From NCBI GenBank assembly GCA_963665275.2, contig CAXXIN010000007.1, positions 384,001 through 448,000 of the forward strand: a DNA stretch of 64,000 nt. The letters run 5' to 3'. The position numbers were made by a program, and so were the translations under genes. This document shows positions 51,727 through 61,368 of this stretch, piece after piece. The stretch's first letter is position 1. Each line of letters begins with the position of its first letter. The stretch comes from Negativicutes bacterium. GTDB lineage: Bacteria; Bacillota; Negativicutes; UBA1444. The notes beneath the pieces were generated by a model. That model searched no databases, was not told the origin of the DNA, and was given only the letters and a program-made list of their open reading frames with translations.

Positions 51727-52714
51727 TTTATCAATGGCGTTATTTGGGGTCATCTTCCTGGCGCTGGCTTTTGACTATATCAACGGATTTCACGATACGG
51801 CAAATGCCATCGCCACCTCAGTTTCCACCAGGGCGCTTTCACCTACGCAGGCGATCTGGATGGCTGCCGCATTGAATTTTTTGGGGGCCTTGTTTAGTAC
51901 GGGCGTTGCCAAAACGATTGGCGGCGATATCGTCAAATCAGCCTCGATGGTTGATCAAAACATTATCACTGCCGCCCTGGTCGGCGCCATCATCTGGAAT
52001 TTGGCCACCTGGTGGTTCGGCATTCCCAGCAGCTCTTCCCACGCCCTAGTCGGCGGAATCATCGGCGCTGTTGTCGTCGCTCGCGGTTGGGATCCCTTGA
52101 ATCTCGCCGGAATAGAAAAAATATTTTTGTCGCTGGTCATATCGCCGCTTATTGCCCTGGTAATCGGTTATCTATTGTTGATCCTGATGATGTGGCTGTT
52201 TCGGGGATTTCCTCCCCATACTTTGAGTACCGGTTTTGCCAGAGCTCAGATTGGCACCGCTGCTCTGATCGCTTTTTCACACGGGTCAAACGATGCACAG
52301 AAAGCGATGGGAATCATAACACTGGCTTTGCTCAGCGCCGGTGAAATTACCACGCTGGATGTACCCCTGTGGGTCAAAATGGCCTGCGCACTCTCCATGA
52401 GTCTGGGAACGGCAGCCGGCGGTTGGAAAATCATCAAAACAATGGGCACCGGCATTGCCCGTTTGGAACCTTTCAGCGGTTGCGCTGTTGAATTGACTTC
52501 ATCACTGGTTATCTTTTCCGCCACGCTTCTGCACTTGCCTGTCAGCACGACTCATGTCGTTTCCGGCTCTATCATGGGCATTGGCGCTTCCAACCGGATT
52601 CGTTCGGTCCGTTGGGGAGTTGCCCGCCAAATGCTGATGGCCTGGGTTTTGACGATTCCGCTGAGCGCATTTACCAGCGGTTTGTTTTACGTTATAGCAC
52701 GAAAACTTTTCTAA
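51719..52714 (+). CDS. pit: Inorganic phosphate transporter (Pit family)
   Basis: NGFHDTANAIAT, PSSSSHA, HGSNDAQK and PVSTTH. Confidence 0.93.
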   Translation: MPDLSMALFGVIFLALAFDYINGFHDTANAIATSVSTRALSPTQAIWMAAALNFLGALFSTGVAKTIGGDIVKSASMVDQNIITAALVGAIIWNLATWWFGIPSSSSHALVGGIIGAVVVARGWDPLNLAGIEKIFLSLVISPLIALVIGYLLLILMMWLFRGFPPHTLSTGFARAQIGTAALIAFSHGSNDAQKAMGIITLALLSAGEITTLDVPLWVKMACALSMSLGTAAGGWKIIKTMGTGIARLEPFSGCAVELTSSLVIFSATLLHLPVSTTHVVSGSIMGIGASNRIRSVRWGVARQMLMAWVLTIPLSAFTSGLFYVIARKLF

Positions 52715-52748
52715 CAAATTCATAATTTAGCTCAATCATCTAAAGAAA

Positions 52749-52791
52749 TAAGCCTCCGTTGCGATGCCATTGGCGCCGAACGGGGGCTTTG
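52749..52791. terminator. Hairpin between convergent genes
   Basis: AAGCCTCCGTT...AACGGGGGCTT. Confidence 0.65.
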
Positions 52792-52810
52792 ACGTTACTG
52801 AAAAGGACTA

Positions 52811-54562
52811 TTATTTCGCCCGGAATTCACGCCACATTTCACTGACGGCCACCTGAACCCCACGAACAAAGTTGATCTTCCACAGTCCAGAAATCTGCGC
52901 TTCCAACTCACGTTTATCGCAAACTGTCGAGATATTGGCACTATCAACCTGCCCTTTGATAGCAATCAACAGTTCATTCCGCATATTTTCATCCGGTTCG
53001 GCAAGAATCTCATCGATTCGGTTCATCAGTCGAATCGCCCGGCGAATCCGTTCCTCGGTCGCCGCGGCCTGTTTTTCGCCAACCAGACCATACTTTACTT
53101 TTAACTGGTTGAAACGAAGACCCGCTTCATAAGTGGCATTGGCGATTTCATCCCGATTCATCCAGCGGGTTTCATAGTTCAGCACCAGTTTCCAGCTGGG
53201 TTGCACCAGTGCCTGACGATGTTCTTCCAGCGTGTTGTGCAAGAGCTTGTATCCATAACGTTCTGGGTCGTTGAACACTTCACTTCCAGGATCCAAGAAA
53301 GGTGCAAACGGTGAGATGAACGGAAACAGCCGGGGCTGTCCGCCGGTGTTGAATCGCTCCATTAGCCGTCCGCAATATTCTACGGTCTCCATCACCGAAT
53401 CATAAGTCTGCTCAGGCAACCCGATCATGAAAAACAGGTCGAATCGTTTGCATCCGGCATCCAGCGCTGCCGCAATCGTATCTTCCAACTCAGCGTTGCT
53501 GTAGGTCCGTCCAAATGCCGCCCGCACTTTTTCGTCATGAGATTCAGGTGACATCTGCAGGATAAAGTCCGGCGCCGCTTCAGCCAGTTTTTGAAAGAAA
53601 GACCGCGATGCAGGCGTCAATACTTCCAGAATCAGCTGATCAGTCGCACCTTTTACCAGTGAGAGGAATTTATCGGCATAGTTTTCCCCGCCGAAACGAA
53701 TGTCGCCGAGGACAAATACCGGACCGCGGCTCCACCGGGACATGCTCCAGATATCTGCCGCCAGATCCTCCGGACTCCGGTATGCCGGAGCTTCGCGCAT
53801 ACACATCGAGCTCATGGCCATCGAGGACCCGCCGCAGGTACGGCAACGGCACGAACAACCCCTGCAACTGAGCGCCGCCATGATGGGATACCGCAGCCAA
53901 TCGATGAAGGGGAGCGCGCCGATCAAATCCCGGCTCCGGACCACCGAACGGACAACCTGTGAATAATCCAGCCGCACATGATCCAATGTTTTCGGCACAT
54001 ATTCCAGCGGATTGACATGGACATTCCCGTCAGTATCCTTCCACGTCAGGTTGGGTATGGTTTCAAGCGCGGGAACTTGCGGTCCCTTTCCTGTGATGTG
54101 CCGCATCAACAAGAGCATTGGTTCCTCTGTTGAATCACCACGCAGCACAAAATCAGTTTCCGGCCGTGCTGCCAGCTCTTCGTGAAAGAAGGTCGACGAA
54201 AATCCGCCGAACATCAGTGGAATCGACGGATGCAGTTTTTTCAACAGGCTCCCCACAGCTAGCGCGCCATGCGCGTGCGGCAGCCAATGCAGGTCAATCC
54301 CGAAAGCTTTGGGGTTTAGTTTGGCCAGAAATTTTTCGGCATCGAAGTCACGGTCTCGCATCATGAGTACTGCGAGGTTCACGATCCGCACCCGGAAGCC
54401 ATCGCGTTCCAGGTATTCCGCCAGCGTAGTGAATCCGATCGGATACATTTCAAACACCGGCGTAGATGGAACCAGGTCGCTCACCGGGCCATAAAGAATC
54501 GACTCCTTGCGAAAGTCATATACACTCGGGGCATGGATCAAAATCAGGTCATCTTGTTTCAT
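52811..54562 (-). CDS. B12-binding domain/radical SAM protein (TIGR04190, Ta0216-like)
   Basis: LIHAPSVYDFR..GPVSD..PSTPVFEMYPIGF, IDLHWLPHAHG, RGCSCRCRTCGGS, SPESHDE and PFLDPGS. Confidence 0.8.
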   Translation of the reverse strand: MKQDDLILIHAPSVYDFRKESILYGPVSDLVPSTPVFEMYPIGFTTLAEYLERDGFRVRIVNLAVLMMRDRDFDAEKFLAKLNPKAFGIDLHWLPHAHGALAVGSLLKKLHPSIPLMFGGFSSTFFHEELAARPETDFVLRGDSTEEPMLLLMRHITGKGPQVPALETIPNLTWKDTDGNVHVNPLEYVPKTLDHVRLDYSQVVRSVVRSRDLIGALPFIDWLRYPIMAALSCRGCSCRCRTCGGSSMAMSSMCMREAPAYRSPEDLAADIWSMSRWSRGPVFVLGDIRFGGENYADKFLSLVKGATDQLILEVLTPASRSFFQKLAEAAPDFILQMSPESHDEKVRAAFGRTYSNAELEDTIAAALDAGCKRFDLFFMIGLPEQTYDSVMETVEYCGRLMERFNTGGQPRLFPFISPFAPFLDPGSEVFNDPERYGYKLLHNTLEEHRQALVQPSWKLVLNYETRWMNRDEIANATYEAGLRFNQLKVKYGLVGEKQAAATEERIRRAIRLMNRIDEILAEPDENMRNELLIAIKGQVDSANISTVCDKRELEAQISGLWKINFVRGVQVAVSEMWREFRAK

Positions 54563-54574
54563 ATTGGCTCCATC

Positions 54575-55495
54575 CTATAATTTGCCTAGCAAACGGAATC
54601 CATAATCGAGTAACAGCGTAGAATCCTGAAAACGAGTCTCACCGCCATTGAGGACAACAGCGATCAGCTGTACGTCGCCACGTCGGGCCGACGACACGAG
54701 ACACTTCCCTGCCGCACGAGTTTCGCCGGTCTTGACGCCAATCGCCCCTTGATAGGTCATGAGCAGCTTATTGGTGTTTACCAGTGAAGTTCCTTTGGCC
54801 CTATTCTGAAACATGACGGTATGATAAGGCGTTGAAACGAACTCCTCGAATCCTCTGACTTTATAACCGGCATCAGCAATCAAGGCCAGATCATATGCTG
54901 AAGTAAAATGATTCACCGGATCGGGCAGGCCATGCGGATTCGAAAAATGAGTACGTAGCGCGCCAATTCTCTCCGCATCTTCATTCATCCAGTTGATGAA
55001 TTTTCGGGACGACCCTCCGCCGACATTTTCAGCCACCGCTTCCGCAGCATCATTGCCTGACACCAACATGAGCCCATATAGCAATTCGCGCAAGGACAAA
55101 CGATCCAAAAGCCGCAGTTCCAGACTGGAACCTTCGGTTCCTACCGGGCCTGGCCCGACTACTACCGTATCGTTCAGATTTCCATGCTTAAGCGCCGTGA
55201 TCAGCGTCATCATTTTGGTCGTACTGGCCGGATACATGATTTTGTGGGCATCCTTCTCAAACAAAACCTGCTTGCTGCCTGCAATCATGAGAATAGCCGT
55301 TTCGCTCTTCACTACCGGCGCAGGAAGGCTCGGTGCTTTCACTTCAACCCGGGCAACCGCAGAGGGCGCTCTTGTGTCAGGAGCCGAAGTCGCCGCGACA
55401 GTGACTGCGTTATCAAGCAAAGCGGCAATCAGTACTACCCCAAGAAAAACTCCAACAATCAATTGATTTCGGTTTTTAATATATACCACTCCCAT
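54575..55495 (-). CDS. D-alanyl-D-alanine carboxypeptidase (peptidase S11)
   Basis: PASTTK, SGNDA, NPHGL and KTG motifs; N-terminal signal; exact start uncertain. Confidence 0.9.
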   Translation of the reverse strand: MGVVYIKNRNQLIVGVFLGVVLIAALLDNAVTVAATSAPDTRAPSAVARVEVKAPSLPAPVVKSETAILMIAGSKQVLFEKDAHKIMYPASTTKMMTLITALKHGNLNDTVVVGPGPVGTEGSSLELRLLDRLSLRELLYGLMLVSGNDAAEAVAENVGGGSSRKFINWMNEDAERIGALRTHFSNPHGLPDPVNHFTSAYDLALIADAGYKVRGFEEFVSTPYHTVMFQNRAKGTSLVNTNKLLMTYQGAIGVKTGETRAAGKCLVSSARRGDVQLIAVVLNGGETRFQDSTLLLDYGFRLLGKL

Positions 55496-55512
55496 TCTTC
55501 GCCATGAAAGCA

Positions 55513-55544
55513 AACAGAAGGAGGTTGTCAAAACCCCCTTCTGC
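55513..55544 (-). terminator. Terminator-like hairpin downstream of the small basic ORF
   Basis: Minus strand CAGAAGGGGGTT-TTGAC-AACCTCCTTCTG followed by TTTGCTTT. Confidence 0.6.
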
Positions 55545-55582
55545 ATGCGATGAAAAAGTGCGCGGGTTACTTCAAAGCATTT

Positions 55583-55672
55583 TCAACCGTAAGTTTTCTT
55601 CTCTTTTTTCACCTTGGTATCACTGGGTTTTTTCTTGTCGGTCTTTTTCGAAGCCTGCTCTTTGTTTGCCAT
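55583..55672 (-). CDS. Small Lys-rich peptide (29 aa, MANKEQASKKTDKKKPSDTKVKKEKKTYG)
   Basis: Perfect AAGGAGG RBS ~10 nt before ATG; downstream hairpin. Confidence 0.65.
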   Translation of the reverse strand: MANKEQASKKTDKKKPSDTKVKKEKKTYG

Positions 55673-55865
55673 AATACAAAATCCTCCTTGTAGATTGGGT
55701 TAATTTAAGATAAAGTTTTTCTTTGATACTTATTAATTTGACATCGGTTCAAAAACTCCTACCGGGTGAAACGAAAATCATCAGAGGAAATTTTCATCTA
55801 CGGGTCGAATTGTTTTTTGATAAGCAAAATGCACTTGTCAAAATTTCCGAATAGGAGTGATCATT

Positions 55866-57469
55866 TTGACCCCGAAAAAAACTTGCCGCGCTCTTGGTTA
55901 TTCTATTAATAACCATTTCCATGTTGTCGGTCACTGGTTGCGGCGGCAAATCCGGCCCGAAATATCTGCGCTATTCGGTTGGCACAGAACCGGAAACGCT
56001 CGATCCCCGCAAATCGACAGGAATTCCTGAAGCCACCGTGGAAGCCCAGCTGTTCGAAGGCCTGACCACTTTGGATGCGAAGAATGCTCCGGTTCCAGCG
56101 ATGGCCGAAAAATGGGAAATCAGCGCGGACGGCCTAAAGTATAAATTCATCTTGCGCCCGGGCATCAAATGGTCCAATGGCGACCCCGTGACCGCCTATG
56201 ACTTCGAATACGGCTGGAAAACGGCTTTATCGCCGGAGCTTGGCAGCAAATACGCTTACCAGTTATTTTATGTAAAGAATGGTGAAGCCTATAACAAAGG
56301 GCTAACCACTGCAGATAATGTCGGAATCAAAGCACTCGACGACAAGACGCTGGAAGTGATACTAGAAAAACCGACAGCCTATTTTTTATCGTTGACCGCC
56401 TTTCACACCCTTTATCCGGTTCCACGCCGGATCGTCGAAGCCAATCCCAAATGGGCCGCCGATCCCAAGACGCTTGTCGGCAACGGCCCTTTTAAAATCG
56501 CCGCCTGGGTCCATAACTCGCGCATTGAGCTCGTAAAGAACGATCAATACTGGGATGCCGGCAAAGTCAAGATGCCCAAACTGGATTTCATCCTGACCGA
56601 GTCAGGCAGCACAGAACTGGCAATGTTCGACAACAACCAGATTGATATGGGAGACAACGCCCCTCCGGCTGAATATCCACGACTCAAAAAAAGAAGGCCG
56701 GTTGCAGATTTCTCCGTACCTTGGCACCTATTTCTTCTCGTACAATGTAACCAAGGCGCCCCTGGACAACGTGAAAGTCCGCCAGGCGCTCACCCTGGCC
56801 CTGGACCGCCAGGCAATCATCGACAACGTGACCAAGGGTGAACAAAAAGCCGCGTTCGCCTGGGTGCCGCCTGGAATGGCAGATGCAGCGCCAACTGCTG
56901 ATTTTCGCACCGTGGGCGGCGATTATTTCAAAGACCGGAATATTGAAGCCGCCAAAAAACTACTTGCCGAGGCGGGCTATCCTGATGGGAAAGGCCTGCC
57001 CCCCATCGAGCTGATCTACAACACCAGTGACGTGCATAAAGCCATCGCCGAAGCCGTCCAGGAAATGTGGCGGAAAAACCTTGGCGTCAATGTCACGATT
57101 AATAACCAGGAATGGAAAGTTTTCATCAATACACGCAGCAAGGGCGATTATCAGATCGCACGTCACGGCTGGATAGGGGATTACGCCGACCCCATGACTT
57201 TCATCGATATGTTCGACTCCGCCAGCGGAAACAATGATTCCCACTATAAGAATCCCCAATTTGATGCTCTGGTCCGGCTGGCGAAATCCACCGGCAATCA
57301 GGAAATCCGAATGAAAGCGATGCATGAGGCGGAAAAACTGTTGATGGATGATGCCGTGATTGCTCCGGTGTACTATTATACCCGTGTTATGATGGTCAAA
57401 CCCAATATCAAAGGTTACCAACGCTCGGTACTCGGACACGTTTATTTCAAGGAGGCCTATGTGGAGTGA
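55866..57469 (+). CDS. oppA: Oligopeptide ABC transporter substrate-binding lipoprotein, two homopolymer frameshifts
   Basis: Lipobox SVTGC, EPETLDP, WSNGDPVTAYDF, NGPF and GWIGDYADP; an extra A in each A7 run at ~55875 and ~56686. Confidence 0.92.
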
Positions 57470-57475
57470 TGCCCT

Positions 57476-58408
57476 GTGTTTAAACTGATTATTGGTCGCT
57501 TTATTTCCATGACGCTGGTCCTGTGGGTCATCGTCACTGCCACGTTTGTGCTGATGCATGCCATCCCCGGTGGTCCCTTCACTGCCGAAAAAGCATTGCC
57601 GGAAGCCGTTCTGAAAAATATCGAATCCCGCTATCACCTCAACGATCCCCTGTCCAAACAGTATCTGGATTATTGGGCGAATTTACTGCAGGGCGATCTT
57701 GGTCCTTCCTTCAAATATGAATCCCGCACCGTCAATGAAATCATTGCGGAGAGTTTTCCCGTTTCTGCCGAGCTCGGCATGGTGGCGGTTTCCCTGTCCG
57801 TTCTGATCGGCATTCCTGCCGGCATGGCCGGCGCCTTGTACCACAACCGCTGGCCGGATCATCTGGTCATGTTGTTCGCGACCTTTGGAATCTCGGTCCC
57901 CAGTTTTATTTTGGCCACTGTCCTCATTTATATTTTTGCACTCTGGCTCAATCTGCTCCCTGCCGCCATGTGGGGAGGACCTGAATTCACGATTCTCCCT
58001 GCCCTTGCTCTGGCCGGCATGCCCACCGCATTCATCGCCCGTTTGACCCGTTCGAGCATGCTCGAGGTGCTGTCGCAGGACTATATCCGAACAGCCCGGG
58101 CCAAAGGACTGACCCCATTTCACATCATGTGGCAGCACGCGTTGAAAAATGCGTTATTACCTGTTGTCACCTATCTGGGCCCGATGATCGCCGCCATTTT
58201 CACCGGCAGTTTCGTTATCGAATCCATCTTTGCGATTCCCGGTCTGGGCCGACATTTCGTCACTAGTATCTACAACCGCGATTACACTGTGATTTTGGGC
58301 ATCACTATTTTTTACAGTGTCATCCTGGTATTTATGAATTTCCTGGTAGACCTCGCTTATCTCTGGCTTGATCCACGAATCAAAATCGGCGGGGAGGAGA
58401 ATCAATGA
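57476..58408 (+). CDS. oppB: Oligopeptide ABC transporter permease
   Basis: PGGPF, GDLGPSF, DYIRTARAKG and LDPRI. Confidence 0.94.
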   Translation: MFKLIIGRFISMTLVLWVIVTATFVLMHAIPGGPFTAEKALPEAVLKNIESRYHLNDPLSKQYLDYWANLLQGDLGPSFKYESRTVNEIIAESFPVSAELGMVAVSLSVLIGIPAGMAGALYHNRWPDHLVMLFATFGISVPSFILATVLIYIFALWLNLLPAAMWGGPEFTILPALALAGMPTAFIARLTRSSMLEVLSQDYIRTARAKGLTPFHIMWQHALKNALLPVVTYLGPMIAAIFTGSFVIESIFAIPGLGRHFVTSIYNRDYTVILGITIFYSVILVFMNFLVDLAYLWLDPRIKIGGEENQ

Positions 58409-59307
58409 TGGACTTCTCACCGCTTAAACCCGAATCGGCAATCGCTGCGAAGACACTGCGCCCTCACATTGGCTTCCGTCAGGATGCCTGGCTCCGGTTA
58501 AAAAAGAACAAAGCAGCCATGGCCGGCTTGGGAATCATCATTTTCATCGGCTTGCTGGCCATTTTTGGCCCCATGTTTTCCCCCTATTCATACTCGGACC
58601 AGTCTCTCACCGATGCCAACCAGCCCCCGTCCGGCGCCCATTGGTTCGGCACCGACAACTTGGGCCGCGACCTGGCGACCCGTGTCTGTTATGGCGCAAG
58701 GATCTCCTTGTCGATCGGCATTGTAGCCAGCCTGATCAATTTAGGTATTGGAGTTCTATACGGAGGGATCTCCGGATATTTCGGCGGCAAGATCGACAGC
58801 GTCATGATGCGGATCGTTGATATACTGTATGGTATCCCGTTACTTTTATATGTCATCTTGCTGATGGTTGTTCTTAAGCCCGGTCTGATGAATGTGTTTA
58901 TCGCGCTCGGCCTGGTCTATTGGCTGCGGATGGCACGCATCGTCCGCGCTCAGGTGCTGGGTCTGAAAGAGCTGGAATACGTTCTGGCTGCCCGCATTCT
59001 CGGCGCCAGTCATCAACGTCTCATTTTCGGGCATCTTCTTCCCAACAGCTTGGGACCGATTATCGTGACGCTGACGCTTTCGATCCCGGAAGCAATATTC
59101 ACAGAAGCTTTCCTCAGCTTTATCGGTCTCGGCGTATCCGCTCCTATGGCCAGTTGGGGCGTGTTGGCTTCAGAGGGAGTTGTCACCCTGCGTTCCTATC
59201 CCTTTCAGCTCTTTGCGCCAGCTGTTGCCATCAGTCTGACCATGCTGGGTTTTAATTTTTTCGGGGATGGATTGCGAGACGCTCTGGATCCGCGAATGCG
59301 CCGCTAA
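58405..59307 (+). CDS. oppC: Oligopeptide ABC transporter permease
   Basis: HWFGTDNLGRD, EAFLSFIGLG and GDGLRDALDPR. Confidence 0.94.
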   Translation: MMDFSPLKPESAIAAKTLRPHIGFRQDAWLRLKKNKAAMAGLGIIIFIGLLAIFGPMFSPYSYSDQSLTDANQPPSGAHWFGTDNLGRDLATRVCYGARISLSIGIVASLINLGIGVLYGGISGYFGGKIDSVMMRIVDILYGIPLLLYVILLMVVLKPGLMNVFIALGLVYWLRMARIVRAQVLGLKELEYVLAARILGASHQRLIFGHLLPNSLGPIIVTLTLSIPEAIFTEAFLSFIGLGVSAPMASWGVLASEGVVTLRSYPFQLFAPAVAISLTMLGFNFFGDGLRDALDPRMRR

Positions 59308-59351
59308 CGTCGAGCTCACATCTGATTTCAATTTGGGAAGGATAGATTTTA

Positions 59352-60365
59352 TTGGCTTCTCTACTGTCCGTAAAAAATCTGCACGTCCAGTTCAGGACAT
59401 ATGCCGGCATAGTAAAGGCCCTGCGGGGAGTCGACTTTGAGCTTGATGCCGGCGATATCATAGGAATCGTGGGCGAATCCGGTTGTGGCAAAACCGTCAC
59501 AGCTAGTGCCATCATGGGAATCATCCCTTCACCGCCCGGTGAAATCACTGAAGGGGAAGTCTGGTTCGAAGGCCGCGACCTTTTAAAACTTAGTGAATCT
59601 GAAGCCCGCGTTCTGCGCGGATGCGCACTGAGCATGATCTTTCAGGATCCGATGACATCGCTGAATCCAGTCCTCACGATTGGCACCCAACTCATGGAGC
59701 CTTTTACGGAACACCTTTCCCTCCCCCGCTCAGAAGCACGTGATCGGGCCGAAGAATTGCTCCGCCTTGTCGGCATCTCCGATCCCGCTTCCCGGCTTCG
59801 CCAGTATCCGCACCAGCTGAGCGGCGGCATGCGTCAGCGTGTGATGATTGCCATGGCCCTCGCCTGCAATCCCAAGCTGCTGTTTGCCGATGAACCGACA
59901 ACCGCTCTTGACGTTACAGTTCAGGCTCAAATCCTGGACCTGCTGAAAAAACTCAATCGGGAATTGAATACAACCATCGTTCTGATCACGCATGACTTGG
60001 GAGTGGTGGCGGGTCTATGCCGCAAGGTTCTGGTCATGTATGCCGGTGAGATTGTAGAATCTGCTTCAGTCAATGACCTGTATGCAACGCCGCGTCATCC
60101 TTATACTCTGGGGCTCTTGCAGTCAGTTCCCCGTCCAGATTCCTCCGGCCAAAAACTGCTTACTATCGACGGGCAGCCGCCTGACCTTATCGTGCCGCCA
60201 TCTGGCTGCGCCTTCCTGCCACGTTGCCGTTTTGCGATGCAGGCCTGTCTGAATGCGCCTCCCCTGTTTGCCGTGACAGCTGATCATCATGCACGTTGCT
60301 GGCTGAATCACCCGGATTCACCTAACAGCCCGCATGAAGTTTTGGTATTGGGGGCAAGGCCATGA
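59352..60365 (+). CDS. oppD: Oligopeptide ABC transporter ATPase
   Basis: GESGCGKT, FQDPMTSLNP, LSGGMRQR and HPYT. Confidence 0.94.
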   Translation: MASLLSVKNLHVQFRTYAGIVKALRGVDFELDAGDIIGIVGESGCGKTVTASAIMGIIPSPPGEITEGEVWFEGRDLLKLSESEARVLRGCALSMIFQDPMTSLNPVLTIGTQLMEPFTEHLSLPRSEARDRAEELLRLVGISDPASRLRQYPHQLSGGMRQRVMIAMALACNPKLLFADEPTTALDVTVQAQILDLLKKLNRELNTTIVLITHDLGVVAGLCRKVLVMYAGEIVESASVNDLYATPRHPYTLGLLQSVPRPDSSGQKLLTIDGQPPDLIVPPSGCAFLPRCRFAMQACLNAPPLFAVTADHHARCWLNHPDSPNSPHEVLVLGARP

Positions 60366-61345
60366 CGCGCCCGCTTATTGAAGTACGAAACCTCTCCAAG
60401 CATTTTGTCCTCAATCGGACCTGGAACGGCCGTCCGCTCACAGTCGTTCAGGCTGTCGAGGACGTCAGTTTTTCCATCCTGCCGGGCGAAACACTAGGCC
60501 TGGTCGGCGAAACAGGCTGCGGCAAGTCCACCGTCGGGCGGACCCTGGTGGGTCTCTATGAGCCTTCCTCCGGCACCGCGCATCTGGAAGGAATCGATAT
60601 TCACGCAGCGTTGCGTTCCCCTGATCACAGAGTTTTTCGCCGCAGACTGCAGATGATATTTCAGGATCCGTATGCGTCACTCGACCCGCGAATGACCGTC
60701 GGTGATATCGTCGGTGAGCCTTTGGATATACACCATCTGGCAATAGGCAATGAACGTCGCGACCGAATTGATGAACTGTTGATGCAGGTAGGGCTGGACC
60801 CGGAACATGCCGGACGGTTTCCGCATGAATTTTCCGGCGGACAGCGGCAACGGGTGGGAATTGCCCGTTCATTGGCCGCTCAGCCTGAAGTCATTGTGTG
60901 CGATGAACCTATTTCGGCGCTGGACGTATCGATTCAGGCGCAGGTCATCAATCTGATGCAGGACATCCAGGAGAAACTAGGACTCACTTACCTTTTTATC
61001 GCACATGATCTTTCCATGGTCCGGCACATCAGTCACCGGATTGCCGTGATGTATCTCGGATCCCTCGTTGAAATCGCCACCAGCGCCGAGCTTTTCCGGG
61101 AACCGCGCCATCCCTACACGCAGGCGCTGCTCTCTGCCATCCCCCTGCCTGACCCACAGCTAGAGGCCGCGCGCGAAAGAATATTCATGCCCGGGGAAGT
61201 ACCGAGCCCGATCAATCCGCCTTCCGGCTGCCGTTTCCGAACCCGCTGCCAGTATGCGATGCCGGTCTGCGCCGAAAAGAAACCGGTCCTGACCAAGGAC
61301 GGAACCGAACATCAGACTGCCTGCCATCGAGTTCACCCGTTATAA
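60362..61345 (+). CDS. oppF: Oligopeptide ABC transporter ATPase
   Basis: GETGCGKST, FQDPYASL, FSGGQRQR and PSPINPPSGC. Confidence 0.94.
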   Translation: MTRPLIEVRNLSKHFVLNRTWNGRPLTVVQAVEDVSFSILPGETLGLVGETGCGKSTVGRTLVGLYEPSSGTAHLEGIDIHAALRSPDHRVFRRRLQMIFQDPYASLDPRMTVGDIVGEPLDIHHLAIGNERRDRIDELLMQVGLDPEHAGRFPHEFSGGQRQRVGIARSLAAQPEVIVCDEPISALDVSIQAQVINLMQDIQEKLGLTYLFIAHDLSMVRHISHRIAVMYLGSLVEIATSAELFREPRHPYTQALLSAIPLPDPQLEAARERIFMPGEVPSPINPPSGCRFRTRCQYAMPVCAEKKPVLTKDGTEHQTACHRVHPL

Positions 61346-61368
61346 ATCAATTTCAGGAGGACTATGAT

